64,000 nucleotides of DNA from Azolla caroliniana (GCA_043228905.1 JBHGNT010000006.1:17918001-17982000); one strand, 5' to 3'. Shown: positions 40,078-51,874, counted from the first letter of the stretch. The notes: generated by a model from the sequence alone, not told the origin. Program-made: numbers and translations.

Positions 40078-42019
40078 CTAGGAGGGCATGTAAGGACTTA
40101 GATTTTGTCCAACATACGAAAGGGCGTGAGATGCTTGTAAGCTCGGGATCTAACATTAAGTCATTATAGAGATTTTTTAGAAAACTATGAATGCCTAGTT
40201 TTGGGGTATGTTTGGTGTATCTAAGTTTAAAGATTGTGGGGTTAAGGGAAGTAATAGTTTTGGGTTGATATAGGAGTGTTTTTCTAAGACTAAAAGGTAT
40301 TTTCTTATAGCTTTTTAGTATAAAGGATGGAGGGTAACCACGGTTAACTAGTCTATTGAAAAAGAGTTTTTTCATTTGGTAGAAACCTAATGGGGTGCTT
40401 TCTCTAATAAGATATCTCTTCACTTCATTAGTGATAAAGTGTTGTTTCGTATGGGAAGGATGATCCGATGAAAAAGGCAAGTATTGGTATGAATTGAGAG
40501 GTTTTTGAAAACAATTGAATAAGAAAGATGAATTTTCGAGGTTGATCCATATGTCTAAAAAAGGTAGCCGAAAGGGGGAAGTTTGAATGGTAAGCTTGAT
40601 GGAGTTATTTGTGTGTGAAGGGTAAAAGTCGAGATATTCTAAAAGTTGAGATTTGGTGCCTGTCCAGACCCCAAATGCATCATCAATATAGCGGGTGAAG
40701 TAGAAGAGATGGGGGGGCGATGGTTGTAAGTTTTCGAGATATACTAAAAAGAGGCATGCATATACGACTGAAAAGTTGCTACCCATGGCCGTACCTTTTA
40801 TTTGTTGGTAAACTACGTCATCGAAAGTGAGATAGTGATATTCTAAAATAAGGGCACTAAGGGTATAGATGAGATTTGTTTTCGAAGGGGAAAAGTGGGG
40901 GGTGATTAGACTACGTAGGGCTTGGAGTCCTAACTTAGGGGGGATACTAGGATAGAGAGATTCAACGTCAAACGTGAATAAGAAACTATTAGATGGTGGG
41001 TGTAGGTTTTCTAGTGATTGGATTAGTGTGTGAGAGTCTTTTAGATATTGTGGTTGGAGAAGGAGGATTGGTAAAAGTTGGTGGTGTAACCACTTCGATG
41101 TTTGTTCAAATAAGGAGTTATTATATGAACAAATGGGCCGGAAACCTATAGGTGTTTTGTGTAATTTAGGGAGGAAATAGAGGTTGGATACTTGATATCC
41201 TTTTTTGGGTTTGTGGAGGATGAAATTAGCTTCAATTGGGGAAAGTGTACCTAAGTGGTTTGTTATTATGTTATTAAGGCGGTATAGTAACTCTTCCAAG
41301 GGGAAGTGGCTGACTCTCTTATAGGTGGTAGAATTCGAGAGGTGTTCTATGGCTTTGGTGTAGTATGTGTCTTTATCTAGAACACATACTCCCATATTTT
41401 TATCGGCTGGGAGGATGATAATGTGTTTGTTGTGTTGGAGGCTTTTAAAGGCTCTAGAGAGGTGGTATGGGATTCTAGTGTTTATGGGCTTAGTGTTGTG
41501 TGCTATTTGGTTAAGGATGTGTTGGTGTTTTAATATTATGGAGACTAGGGGTGGATATTCTGTGGGTGGCATCCAACTAGGGTTAGGTAGTTTGAAGGGG
41601 TTGAGAGGAAGTGAAGGTGTATTTCTAAAAAAATGTTTTAGCTTGAGGGATCTCGAGAGGTGGGTGAATTCTTTTAGGATATTGTTGGGTGAGGGAGGTG
41701 GGGATGGTAGGATATACTTAAGGCCTAGGTTTAGCAATTGTGTTTCATTTTTAGTGAGGTTATGTTTAGAGAGGTTATGGATTTTACTATGAATTACTTG
41801 TGTACTAGTAAGAGGTTTCCAGAAGTTGGTTCTAGGTTTTTTATTTCGGGATTTGGGGTGTGAAAGGAAGGGAAATAGTTTCTGTTTTCCCCCAAACCAC
41901 ATATATGTGTCTTGGGTGGAGGGGGATCTATTAAGTAGGTAGAATAAACGTTTGCTAGGGTGTACGACGTGTCTAAACCGTTTGTTAACGCGTTTAGTAC
42001 GCCTAGCTAACCGTTTTTT
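40034..42019 (-). CDS. Penelope-like reverse transcriptase, intact, no endonuclease (frame open from 42019, first ATG at 41902)
   Basis: NLS..L...E..LL.LGL, PADKNMG, LPKLHK..RPI, FDVESLYPSI, QIKGTAMGS, RYIDD, FLD, KP...YL...S.HP, RGYP; ends where a GIY-YIG domain would begin. Confidence 0.92.
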   Translation of the reverse strand, partial: KKRLARRTKRVNKRFRHVVHPSKRLFYLLNRSPSTQDTYMWFGGKQKLFPFLSHPKSRNKKPRTNFWKPLTSTQVIHSKIHNLSKHNLTKNETQLLNLGLKYILPSPPPSPNNILKEFTHLSRSLKLKHFFRNTPSLPLNPFKLPNPSWMPPTEYPPLVSIILKHQHILNQIAHNTKPINTRIPYHLSRAFKSLQHNKHIIILPADKNMGVCVLDKDTYYTKAIEHLSNSTTYKRVSHFPLEELLYRLNNIITNHLGTLSPIEANFILHKPKKGYQVSNLYFLPKLHKTPIGFRPICSYNNSLFEQTSKWLHHQLLPILLLQPQYLKDSHTLIQSLENLHPPSNSFLFTFDVESLYPSIPPKLGLQALRSLITPHFSPSKTNLIYTLSALILEYHYLTFDDVVYQQIKGTAMGSNFSVVYACLFLVYLENLQPSPPHLFYFTRYIDDAFGVWTGTKSQLLEYLDFYPSHTNNSIKLTIQTSPFRLPFLDIWINLENSSFLFNCFQKPLNSYQYLPFSSDHPSHTKQHFITNEVKRYLIRESTPLGFYQMKKLFFNRLVNRGYPPSFILKSYKKIPFSLRKTLLYQPKTITSLNPTIFKLRYTKHTPKLGIHSFLKNLYNDLMLDPELTSISRPFVCWTKSKSLHALLVKTKFSKNPPKSPT
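41954..42019 (-). promoter_or_regulatory. Putative -1 programmed ribosomal frameshift signal
   Basis: CCA_AAA_AAC_GGU_UAG, 5-nt spacer, then hairpin GCUAGG/CCUAGC, GUAC/GUAC, UAAAC/GUUUA, CGUU/AACG; the -1 frame is the RT frame. Confidence 0.75.
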
Positions 42020-44041
42020 GGTCTACTAGGTTGTGGGTCTCCTAGTGGTTTTGGGGGAGGACAAGGTTTTGATGTATTTTGATAGTGTTTATAGTTTTTA
42101 TGTGAGGGAGTGTTAGAAGAAAAGTTGGGGGTTTTTGTGTTAGGAAGAAAGGGGGTGTGAGAATAAAAGTTGGGGGTTTTTTTATTAGGAAGAAAGGGGG
42201 GGGGGGTTAGTGTAATATGGAGGATGTGTAGGGGGGAGATGAGTTGAATATGGAGGATGTGTTGGGGGGGAATGATAAGTATAATGAGAGTGATGTGGGC
42301 TAATTAAAGGGGTATGGGTAGGGTAAGGATTTGAAAAAAGGTGGGGAAGGGCATTATGAAAATTAGATGATAATGGGGGAGGTGTAGAGTGATAAATGGA
42401 AGAAAATTGTGGGGGGTTTGAATGGAATTCTTCAACATAAGGGGGGTGGGTAGAGTAAGAATTAGACAAAAAGGGGGAGGGGGTATCCATGTAATATTTA
42501 GAAAGTAGAAAGGGGAAAGGGGGTAGGAGGAGGAGGATGGGGGAACGAGTGAGAGAAAGAGGGAGGGGGGGGGGGAGGAGGAGGAGGAGGGAGTTGTTTG
42601 TACAGAGAGGTTGCGTGGGGGGAGAGAGGAGTGGGGAAGATTAGGGTTACGTAGGTGGGAGACATTGTTTTCTTCATAATACATGTGTGGGGTTGGGAGG
42701 AGAGGGGGCATGTATCCATGACGGCTGCCTTATGCAGTCCCGTGCATCATGCCATGGAGGGGGGGTTGTAGATCTATAGGCCGGCTGTCATACACAGTCC
42801 GGAGCCTTACATTGGAGGGGGAGAACGGGTACGTATGATGGTTTCCGTTTCCATTTCCATAGATATGGTCGTTACCGGGTCGAAGATGGAGTGGCGGCCA
42901 TGCTTGTAATTGTGAATGGTACCGGTCGCGTTGGCGTTCGTTGTGAGTGGGTGGCTGGTTCCTGTCGAATGTCGGTACTGGAGTATGTGGATCCGACATA
43001 TATGGTGGATGGTGTCCGGCGTTGATTGTGGTATAGGGATGTGAGGGAAGTTTATTTTGGTTAATAAATGTAACCCTCGGGCCATTAAGGTTAAAGGGGG
43101 GGACGAAGTTCTTACTGACTTCGTTTGTGGCTATATTGCAGGTAAATCGGGGGAGGGAGTGATGATTGGTTGGTCGGAGAGGCTTTTGTTGCAAGGGTTT
43201 AGGGTTAGGTTTATGGTTGGGTTTATGGTTGGGTTTATGGTTGGTGTTATTTTTAGGGTTAGGCTTATGGTTGGTGTTATTTTTAGGGTTATTGTTAGGG
43301 TTATTGTTAGGGTTAGTAATAGGGTTGGTTTTAAGCTTATGATTAGTATTAGGATGTATCTTTTTAGGACCAAATGGTCGGACATGCACATCACTGTTAT
43401 GTTTAGCACTACTAGTGTTATCGAGAGTTGTAAAGTGTGATAGACTGTTATAATAATCTTCATAGTCATTCTCTTCACTCATCTCTATATCTATTTTTCT
43501 AATGTTTAACTTCTTTGACGTATCTGCAATACTTATGTGTGTTTTTTCTAAGAGTTCATTGTTTGTGAGTGATTTTTCTTTATATTTAGTAGCATTTAAA
43601 TGTATGGCAGTTTCGATTGTGTGATTCATTGCAAAATCATCACATGCTTGTAAAATTTCCATAGCAAAGGTTTGTTGCCATAATGCTAAGGTTTCTTTAA
43701 AAGTATTACTATTAGTATTCGAAGATATTGATTGCAAATATAAGGGCTCTTGAATGACTTCAGCGATCTTACTTATATCTAATATAACTTTATTAGGAAA
43801 ATCATCCAAGTCTTTAGCATAGCTATGAGCGAGTAAGTCTAGATGTTTAATATAACATCGGGTTAGTTCTTTATTATATTGTTTAGTGATAGTATTAAAC
43901 TCATTATGCATACTAATATTTAACTCCTCATGTTCTATATTCAAGTTAGGTGGTTTGGTTCTTAAGCTAGGAGGTGTAAGATCGTGTTCATTTAGATTTA
44001 AAATACGAGTATAAGTAGTTTTGGTTTTCTTAGAGCGCCGA
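42007..44041 (-). pseudogene. PLE ORF1 (helical N-terminal part, Asn/Pro/His-rich C-terminal part), 5'-truncated and disrupted
   Basis: Open 44041-42733, in-frame TAA at 42730, continues as MPPLL; frame changes at or near G11 runs at about 42570 and 42200; last segment ends PSRPKNG*. Confidence 0.7.
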
Positions 44042-44859
44042 TGAATAGTTGGAGCCTGTGAGCTTGAACATGTCTCCCAACGAATCGTCCATTGTTCTGT
44101 GTCGATTCGCTTTGATACCACTTGCCAGGAATATACGCGGAATAATCTCCGGCCACAATTGAAGCGTAGATCACTTGATAACAATCGAACACAAAAGAAA
44201 TGGGAATGGAGTTAAGTACACGAACAAAAAAAAAGGGGAATACACAGGATGTTAACGTGGAAAACCCCGAGAGGGAAGAAAAAAACCACGGGAGCCCACA
44301 GACTCCAAACTATCACTATGCCAATGATTACAGCAGGGAGCATAGAGGCAATGACCTCTTGCTCACGATCTTCACCTGGCAGTAGTTACAACATTGACAT
44401 GCTATGTATCGCTCTCTCTGTCTCTCTCTGTACAGTTGTTACACCAAAATTACACACACTACTAAGTTTGCCCTAGGTCATATTTATACTAATATGACTT
44501 TCGCCTATTTACAAAATATAGCCCCAGTGGGCTCTCTGGAACATATTTACATATATGTCCCTTCATCCGACGAGAGGTTCTCACCGGGCCTGCATCATCC
44601 GGTTCTCACCGGGTCTTCCGATGCCGGGCCTGCGTATCCCATCCGGAGGGACCGAGATCCTAACATCCATACACGTATTTTGCCATTTTTCTTTGGTACG
44701 ACTACTATTGGGCTTAGCCATGTAGCTTGTTTGACTGGTCGAATGAATCTGGCCTAGAGGAGTTTGTCAATTGCTTCTTTTACGCGAGCCGCGTAATTTG
44801 GGTTCATGCGGTATCGACGCTCTTGGACCGGTTTTGCATCGGTTGCTAAATTGATCTTA
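44042..44859. repeat. 818-bp direct duplication, right copy (contains D LTR 44123-44665)
   Basis: Matches 38575-39392; native G2 pol continues to its right. Confidence 0.95.
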
Positions 44860-46844
44860 TGTTGATAGAACTTTGGATCTAATCCCTTCATGTCCTTGTG
44901 GGACCAAGAGAACACATCTTTGTACTCCCTGAGTAGTGCTATCATCGTGTCTCTTTGATCCGGCAATAATTCTTTTGCGATGGAGAGGAATCAGGGGTCT
45001 GATGTTGTACCCATGTTTACTTCTTCTAGGGCTAAGGCAGTGACTCGTTGTGAAATTTCCATTTCCCTCTCAAACACCACCCGTGCTCTACATAGTTCTA
45101 AAATTGACTTTGGGTCTAGTTCGTAAGCCTCATCGTGGAGCGCAGTGGGTGTGGCGTACTCCGCCGCGGTTTCTATGACATCGATTTCGAATAGCGGAAT
45201 GATCCGAGGGTGCTCGTTTAGGTATACTTCTAATTCTGTATCATCCACCCCAACCAACATATTTATATCTTCCGTGTATAACGGTGTTATGCCCTTGGGT
45301 TGTGCTGCCATTTCCTCTGTAGGTATGCGAACCTTGGTGCGCCCACGTCGAAAGCTGATGGACTTATGTTGCCAGCTCTGTTTGATATTCGCTAAATGAA
45401 GCCACGGTCTGCCAAGCAGCATAGGATATGCTCCTAGGGCGTCGAGGGTGAGGACTACCACCGAGATGTCGAAGTGATGTCCGCCAACGAGAATGCCTAA
45501 TTTTCGTATTAAGCCAAAACGGGCAAGCTTCCCATTCTGAAATTCCCAATTGTTCGCATGTCTTCACGCTAATTACATTGACACTAGAGCCGTCGTCGAT
45601 TATGCATGCTGTGATTTCCTGACCATGTAATATCAACGTAATAGCCGGATTATGGTGATCCACCACCGTTGGTCCGACGCTGGTGGAGACGGTTACCCAT
45701 TATGCGATCCTCCACGGCCTGGCGGAACTGTGGGACTAGTTGAAGTAACTTCTCCATGGTTAGTGTTATCTTGCAGCCTGCGAGTGATTGCCATATGGGA
45801 TCCGGAGATTTTACATGTCCCTCCAAACGCCCCACATTGTTCACGGACTCCTGCCGCTTGCGTTCCGCATTTGCCGCGTTCGCTTTTTTGACCCATGCTT
45901 GGGCCGTCTGACGTATCTCATCTTGCGCGGCCCAATCAACATTTTTTGTTTGCTGCCGTGTCGTATTGACAACATGCGCCTTGCCCTTGTGTAGTGGACA
46001 TTGCGTGGCATAATGTCCGGGTTGTTGGCAAACAAAACAATGGACGCTAGATTTGCCTTTCTCGGCAACTGGTGGTGTGTTCTGATCCCTAGGTGTGACT
46101 TGTTCCTCCCGGTCTTGGTTTGTTCTTTTGAGCATTCGCAGTGCTTGTTATTGGTCCCGGCGCGGCTCCTGGTGCCGGTCATCGTCCGAACTTTCGTTGT
46201 ACCGCCGTTGGTCCCGATATTGACGATGTTTCCCGCGAGGCCCATTGAAGCCGCCATGTTTGTTCGTCGAACGGTAATTATCGTAGCGTCGGCCTCCTTT
46301 ATGATACCTGTGGTTGCCTCGGTAGTCCTCGTCCTCTGGCTCTTCTTCCTCGGAATCGTTGGTATTCCGGCAATTCTGGTAGTGCCTGTCATTGGGTGGG
46401 TTCCGATCCGTATACCGGGGTCGTTCTTCTTGGCGCCTTTGCTCATTCCGGTGAGGTGGGCGCTGTGTTTCCACGCTTCGTACTGTGAGCGTGGATCTAT
46501 TCAACATATTGTACTCACACTGCTCGACTGTGTGTGCTTTCAAGTGACAGATTGGGCAGTGGATTCGCATGTTTCATTCCACTACGGAATGCCCAGAATT
46601 GAGGCAAATCATGCACTGGATTGCCTAGCGAAAATGTCGTTCCTCATCCTAAGGTAACGCTTGTCGTAATGAGGACATGGAAAACCTTTCCTCTTCTTCA
46701 TCTAGCTCGAGTTGTAGCGCTCGTTCTATGACCATATCGGCTATTTCTCCTTTCACGCTGTTGTTGTTGAGTGTCGTCCATATCGGTCGTCGTAAAGCTG
46801 CCAAAAATGTCTCCCGAGCCTCGTCCTCGATGGTATGTGTTTGA

Positions 46845-47467
46845 AACTCTAGAATTACCCACAAATCCTCATGTAGAGGATCATTTCGAGTGGCTACGCA
46901 GGATACAGACAGACCTATCTACCCATTTACATCAAGCTCAACAAACACAGAAGGCTTATACGGATCGTCATCGGCTTCCATCCTGTTTTGACATTGGAAA
47001 TCGGGTATGGCTATTACGACGACACATCAAGACTACTCGACCATGCAATAAATTGGATTATCGACGATTAGGTAATTTTCATATTATCAGAAAAATTAAT
47101 GATGTCACATTTTGTCTTGATCTACCTTTGCAACTACGGTTACATCTGGTTTTTCATAGTTCTCTTCTCGAACCCTACCAAGATAACACTATTCCAAATC
47201 GTATTACACCACCTCCACCCTCGATTGAGCTTAAAGCAAGACTGGCGTATGAAGTTGCTTCCAACCTCGATTCCGAGATTGTTCACAACAAGCTCTACTA
47301 TTTGGTACATTGGCTAGGTTATAGTCCAAGCGAGCGTACTTGGGAACCAGTCGAGAATGTCTCAAATGCTCGAGCTCTTATTTAGGACTTCCATCAACAA
47401 TATCCCGACAAATCGGGTCCTCTATCTAAGAGGACTTGTCACACTCGTCATCTTAAGGGGGGGTAGT
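46845..47467 (+). pseudogene. Chromovirus integrase C-terminus with chromodomain, then PPT
   Basis: KLDYRRLGNF (GPY/F-like), VFHSSLLEPY, YEV...YLVHWLGYSPSERTWEP; aagggggggtag before the LTR. Confidence 0.9.
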
Positions 47468-47909
47468 GTCATGATATGACATGATATGGCTCCGATGGGA
47501 TTGGAACTCATGACCTTGTGTTACATGGGCTGAACCCTTGTCATTAAACCATGAATTGTAATACAAAAAATATTAGTTTCATTTAGTATTTCTATAGGAA
47601 ATTCAAGTATATTCTAGATTACTCTGGATCATTCTAGAAACTTCAAGAGTAATCTTGACAACACATTAAATAGAGGCAAAAGGCATTATTCCGAACCAAT
47701 TTGGTTCAATGCCAGTCTTAAGCCTCCTAGTTGTTCTTGTAAGTTTCTTCTTATAATGTAATATACTTCTTGTTGTCATCATTATCTCTCTCTCTCTCTC
47801 TCTCCTCTCACATGGTTGTCACACAAATTTTCCCTTCTTAGTACTAATCCTCATTTTTTTGCTCTACCTTTAGTACTAATTCTTCTTGCCTCTAGTATTA
47901 TCCATGACA
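47468..47909 (+). repeat. Chromovirus 3' LTR
   Basis: TGTCATG...CATGACA inverted termini; matches 20107-20542. Confidence 0.92.
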
Positions 47910-50109
47910 CATCTTATTGTATGAGGTCGAGCTTGTTACGGCTTCGATTTCGCTCGTTGAGAAATTGAAGTCGGTGTTTCTTTCCGAGCTGGAAGGCTTC
48001 ACAAATTTGGGGCTTCCGGTCACTAAATTTCGGCAATCCGAAAAACACATGTTTCGATTGCAGATCTTGAAGCCTCTGGTAGTTGACGTGGCTTATTCAC
48101 TTGTGCCATAAATCGTTGTCGGACTCGACTTTTTGACCTTTGGTGAATAGCACGGTGCCAACGTCATTAGTGTCGAGGATGAACATCCTCCTGTGCTAGT
48201 GCCCCTACGTGATTATCTAGCGTTCTTCCTCGATGAAGCACCCGAGATGTGTGAACCGTACATGCATCCCCTGGCCGATGATTTGTTCGACCAACACCGG
48301 GTTTTTTTTGTAATTGTCGGGACATGTAATACATTCATTAGTGTAAAAGAATACGTGTGGGGAAGCGTATGCGTAACAGCACAGACTACACAGTTCGGAA
48401 GTACGATAGTTTGGTAAAACACAGAAATCACAGAGAAAGAGAGGGAGAGTCAGAGAGTGTAGAAAAATCAAGCTATATTTAAATAATTCTCTATATGTTC
48501 TCTGTACATATTTCGTGCTTAGTGAGCACCTTTTATACAAGCCCTAACTATCGGGCTGACACAAGTACTGATAGTTCTTGACCGCTCATAAATGAGCCTT
48601 CTACACTAACTCCCAAAACTATGACTTACGAGGAATAACGTTCTAACAGCCTTTCGGTTTAAACACCGCCATGGCCCTATTTTGTGTACGGTTTTACGCA
48701 CCCAGTCTACAGACTGGGGTACGCACCCGTTTACGCACCCAATGTTGAGCTTGTCTCTCAACACTCCCACTCAAGCTCAACTTGAGGTTTCATATGCTTT
48801 TCCGGATCTTCGCTCCAGCTTCTCCTGGCTTCACGCCTAACTCGCGCTCTTCGACCCGTCCGATTCCGTGCGCTTCGACCCTTCCGGTCGGCTCGTCTGC
48901 TCATGTGGCCCTTCTCAGTTCCCTTGTTGTTGTGGTGTTAGCGCCTCTTTCACTCCCCTTTCCTCCACTTGGCCCTTAGTCGATTCGTAATGTCCGAATC
49001 GAACATTTCGATTAAATTGGTCACTTCCGATTCAATTCCATGGTTGCCCGAATTGGCTGTCTCCAATTTGTCTTTTGTTTTCAGGCCCTTGACAACGTCA
49101 GACCACGTCTTGGTCTTGGCCTTTACACCCTTCTTAGCTGCATTTCTCCTTTGTTCGGTTGTCTTTGGTTCTTCCTTGCGATTACGGCCCCTGTTTTCTT
49201 CTTCTTCGGGTTCTTCAGCCGGCCCAAAATCAAATTCTTCATCCGATTCGGCATCACGGTCACTACCGCTCCTTTCACGCTCCTATTCCTGTGCTTCTCT
49301 CCCCCTCAAGTTTGGCGTGTCGAGGTGACGCAATCCCAGCTCACCTGAGAAATTTTGTAACTTGTCGAAACCAAGGGGCTTGGTGAAGATGTCGGCAATC
49401 GGCCAACTTGTCGGAACATACGCCAGTTTGACTTCACCAGAAAGGACACACTCGTGGACGAAATTATAATGCACCTCAATGTGCTTTGTTCGGGCGTGGA
49501 ACACAGGGTTCTTCGCAAGGTGGATGCTACTGAGGTTGTCGCAATAGATCATCGTTGGATCAGACACCTCTACATGCAGATCCCATAATAGCCGTTTCAG
49601 CTAAATGACTTCGCACGTACTGACAGTCGCCCGTCGATATTCGGCCTCCATGCTCAACAACACTACTGTCGGCTGCTTCTTACTGCTCCACACAATCGCC
49701 ACACTACCCAATGAGAATGTGTATTTGGATGTGGATCTACGATCGTGGGCATTTCCGGCTCAATCGACATCCGTGTAGCTGACTAATTGCTCGGCTACGT
49801 TTGCACGATACAATAACTCCATGTCTTTCATGCCGTTGACATATCGTAATATCCTTTGCGCGAACTCAAGGTGTTCGATCGTGGGCTATGACATAAATTG
49901 ACTGATCATTTTGACCGGATAGCTGAGGTCGAGCCGAGTGATCATTATGTAGATGAGGCTTCCAACAATCTGTCGAAACTGTGTGTGGTCGCACGCCTTT
50001 CCCGAATCTTGGCGAAGTTTTACGTTGCTATCCAGAGGGGTCAAGATGGGCTTACAATCTGCCATCCCAAACATGAAGAGCATATTTAGCGCGTAATGAC
50101 ATTGGATAA

Positions 50110-51874
50110 TAATGTGTCAAACACATTACAAGAAGACCTCGAAGCATAGAAAGCCATAGTGGCCAAAGCAAAGAAAGCTACTCAAATTGCCGAAACAGAG
50201 ATTGATCGGCTTCGAGCGGAACTTCGCCAATCTTCAGATAGGGAAGTAGATGCTAGGGCAAAAGGCCGCCTGGCGGTCAAGACATTGGAAGGCAAACTCC
50301 AGGCGGAGGTCACAATGCATAGCAGAACAAAGGAGGAATATGAAAAGTTGCGTGAAGAGGCAAACAAGAAGGACGCTGGAATCACGGGATCACGGGAGCT
50401 CGCGGAGAAAAAGAAGGCCTGGTACGACAAGCAACTGGTACATGAGCGTGCACAGATGCATGAAGTCCAGGTACGACTAAACAATAAGATGGGACGGCTC
50501 AAGGAACTACATTTAAAATATTCCCAGTTATGGGCAAAAATGAAGAGTCTTTACGAAGAAGCCACGGTGGCCAATAAGCGTAAAATAGAGAATCGAACGA
50601 AAGCTTTAGAAGAGTGCCAAGTACGTGCCACCTTGATTACAGACCGGATCCACACCCTCCTACAAACCAGTCACGAGAAGTTTAATACATAGCTAAAGGC
50701 GGCTATGGACAAAGGATGGACCGGATGGGTGATGGAGGCCGCGGAGCTACATATATACTGCGCAGATAGGGAAAACCACCGAAAGGACGGAAAGGGCTTT
50801 TATAAGCTAAGTGAAGACAACATCGCGACCATACGTGAAGACCTTGCGGAAGATTACCAGGTGCTAGCCAATCAGCACTCCGAGGAACTCACATAGCTGA
50901 TGGAGGAGTTCGTGGAAAGCCAGCATGAGACCTTCCGGCAACCGGTGGACATGGGCAACGAAACTCATAGGGCTGAAGAATTCAAAAAAGAGGAGGCAAT
51001 TATTGTGTTGGACAATCACTTCGTAGAGCAAACCGAGTCCCTTCCCAATGACAAACCTGAAGTCACGACGACGGGCAATCGAACGGGTGCCGAAAGCACG
51101 GAGGAGCGGCTACTAGAGGGGGAACCATGCCAAGAAGAGCCCTCGACAGAGCCGGAAAAGGTGCCCCCCCAAGAAGCACAAGTAGAGCAAGCCTAGCCGA
51201 CCTTAGGTGAAGAAGAGAGAGCGGAAACTGCGGCACCGATCGAGCTAAACAACGACGCCCCTACGATCGTCATGCCACCCCTAGACCAAGACACATGGGA
51301 AGAGCCGAACATCTTGGACACTTTGGATGACGAATAGACGGATCGGTTCGACGTGCCATGGCACTGTCCCACAGGCGTGCCAAGTGTTGTTCGCCGGAAT
51401 AGTAACTGCTGGACATAACGTGAGATAAATTAAAATACAAATTAAAATATTGTAAGAAATGAATGTAACGGTTCATGCAAGGAGCATAACCGACGGGACG
51501 CCCTGTGTATATAAAGGGCAGAATTCCTGTGATAAGGGTTAGCATTGTTTTGAGAGCTCTTTTCTAATATAGTACTATCTTCCCTTATCTACTGTGTAAG
51601 TGCTAGTGTGATATTGAGTGAGGGATTATACTCTGTAAGAAGTGCATACCCGTAAACATAAGGTTAAGCATGTTCGCGGAGTTAAACATAAGGTTAAGTG
51701 AATGTAACAGTTGTAGCCGGGAACTTTCACGCCCTGTAGATACGTACCCTTCAGTAACAAGTAAGGTGCGAACGTACGTTGTGCGCCTCTCTATTCCTTG
51801 TAACGCAACCCTTTGACGCCTACCCCGAAGGACTGTGGGTAGACAATGTTCTAGTCGACAGTACACCGACAACA
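50110..51874 (+). mobile_element. G2-like gypsy 3' fragment: ORF3 C-terminal half and probable 3' LTR (about 51464-51874)
   Basis: DKGWTGWVMEAAELHIYCADRENHRKDG matches G2 ORF3; TGTAAC...CAACA; LTR call lacks a second copy. Confidence 0.7.

Larger units (their letters stand above)
39393..44041 (-). mobile_element. Endonuclease-deficient Penelope-like retroelement (Coprina/Athena-like architecture), 5'-truncated
   Basis: PLE-type RT without GIY-YIG, upstream ORF1, hammerhead motif, abrupt compositional shift and sharp junctions with the duplication. Confidence 0.88.
29375..46840 (-). mobile_element. Second non-chromoviral gypsy family (G2) with ORF3, interrupted in RT
   Basis: gag-PR-RT start at 46840-44666, RT-RH-INT at 35190-32446, ORF3 at 32301-29715; GKIRV./DYRKLN continuity across the insertion. 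Confidence 0.85.
20107..47909 (+). mobile_element. Chromoviral Ty3/gypsy (Tcn1/Tf1-like), interior largely replaced by nested elements
   Basis: Matching LTRs at 20107-20542 and 47468-47909, TSD CATCC/CATCT, gag after the first LTR, integrase end with chromodomain and PPT before the second. Confidence 0.85.

Noticed and set aside
40034-41902. Telomerase, group II intron, retron or DIRS RT
   Set aside because: The motif set (ADKN, PK.HK..RPI, GTAMG, HP, RGYP) is PLE-type; no TERT T-motif, maturase, RNase H or tyrosine recombinase is visible
42185-42719. Separate extensin-like proline-rich genes
   Set aside because: Better explained as pieces of PLE ORF1 broken near G11 homopolymers, which may be sequencing errors
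44042-44184. N-terminus of the 484-aa ORF in the ORF track
   Set aside because: It lies in duplicated copia LTR/leader sequence; PLE-derived coding starts at 44041
38656-44665. An intact LTR retrotransposon that captured a PLE RT
   Set aside because: The repeat extends 81 bp and 194 bp beyond the LTR ends into gag and unrelated gypsy DNA, and there is no PPT or 5-bp TSD, so this is a flanking duplication
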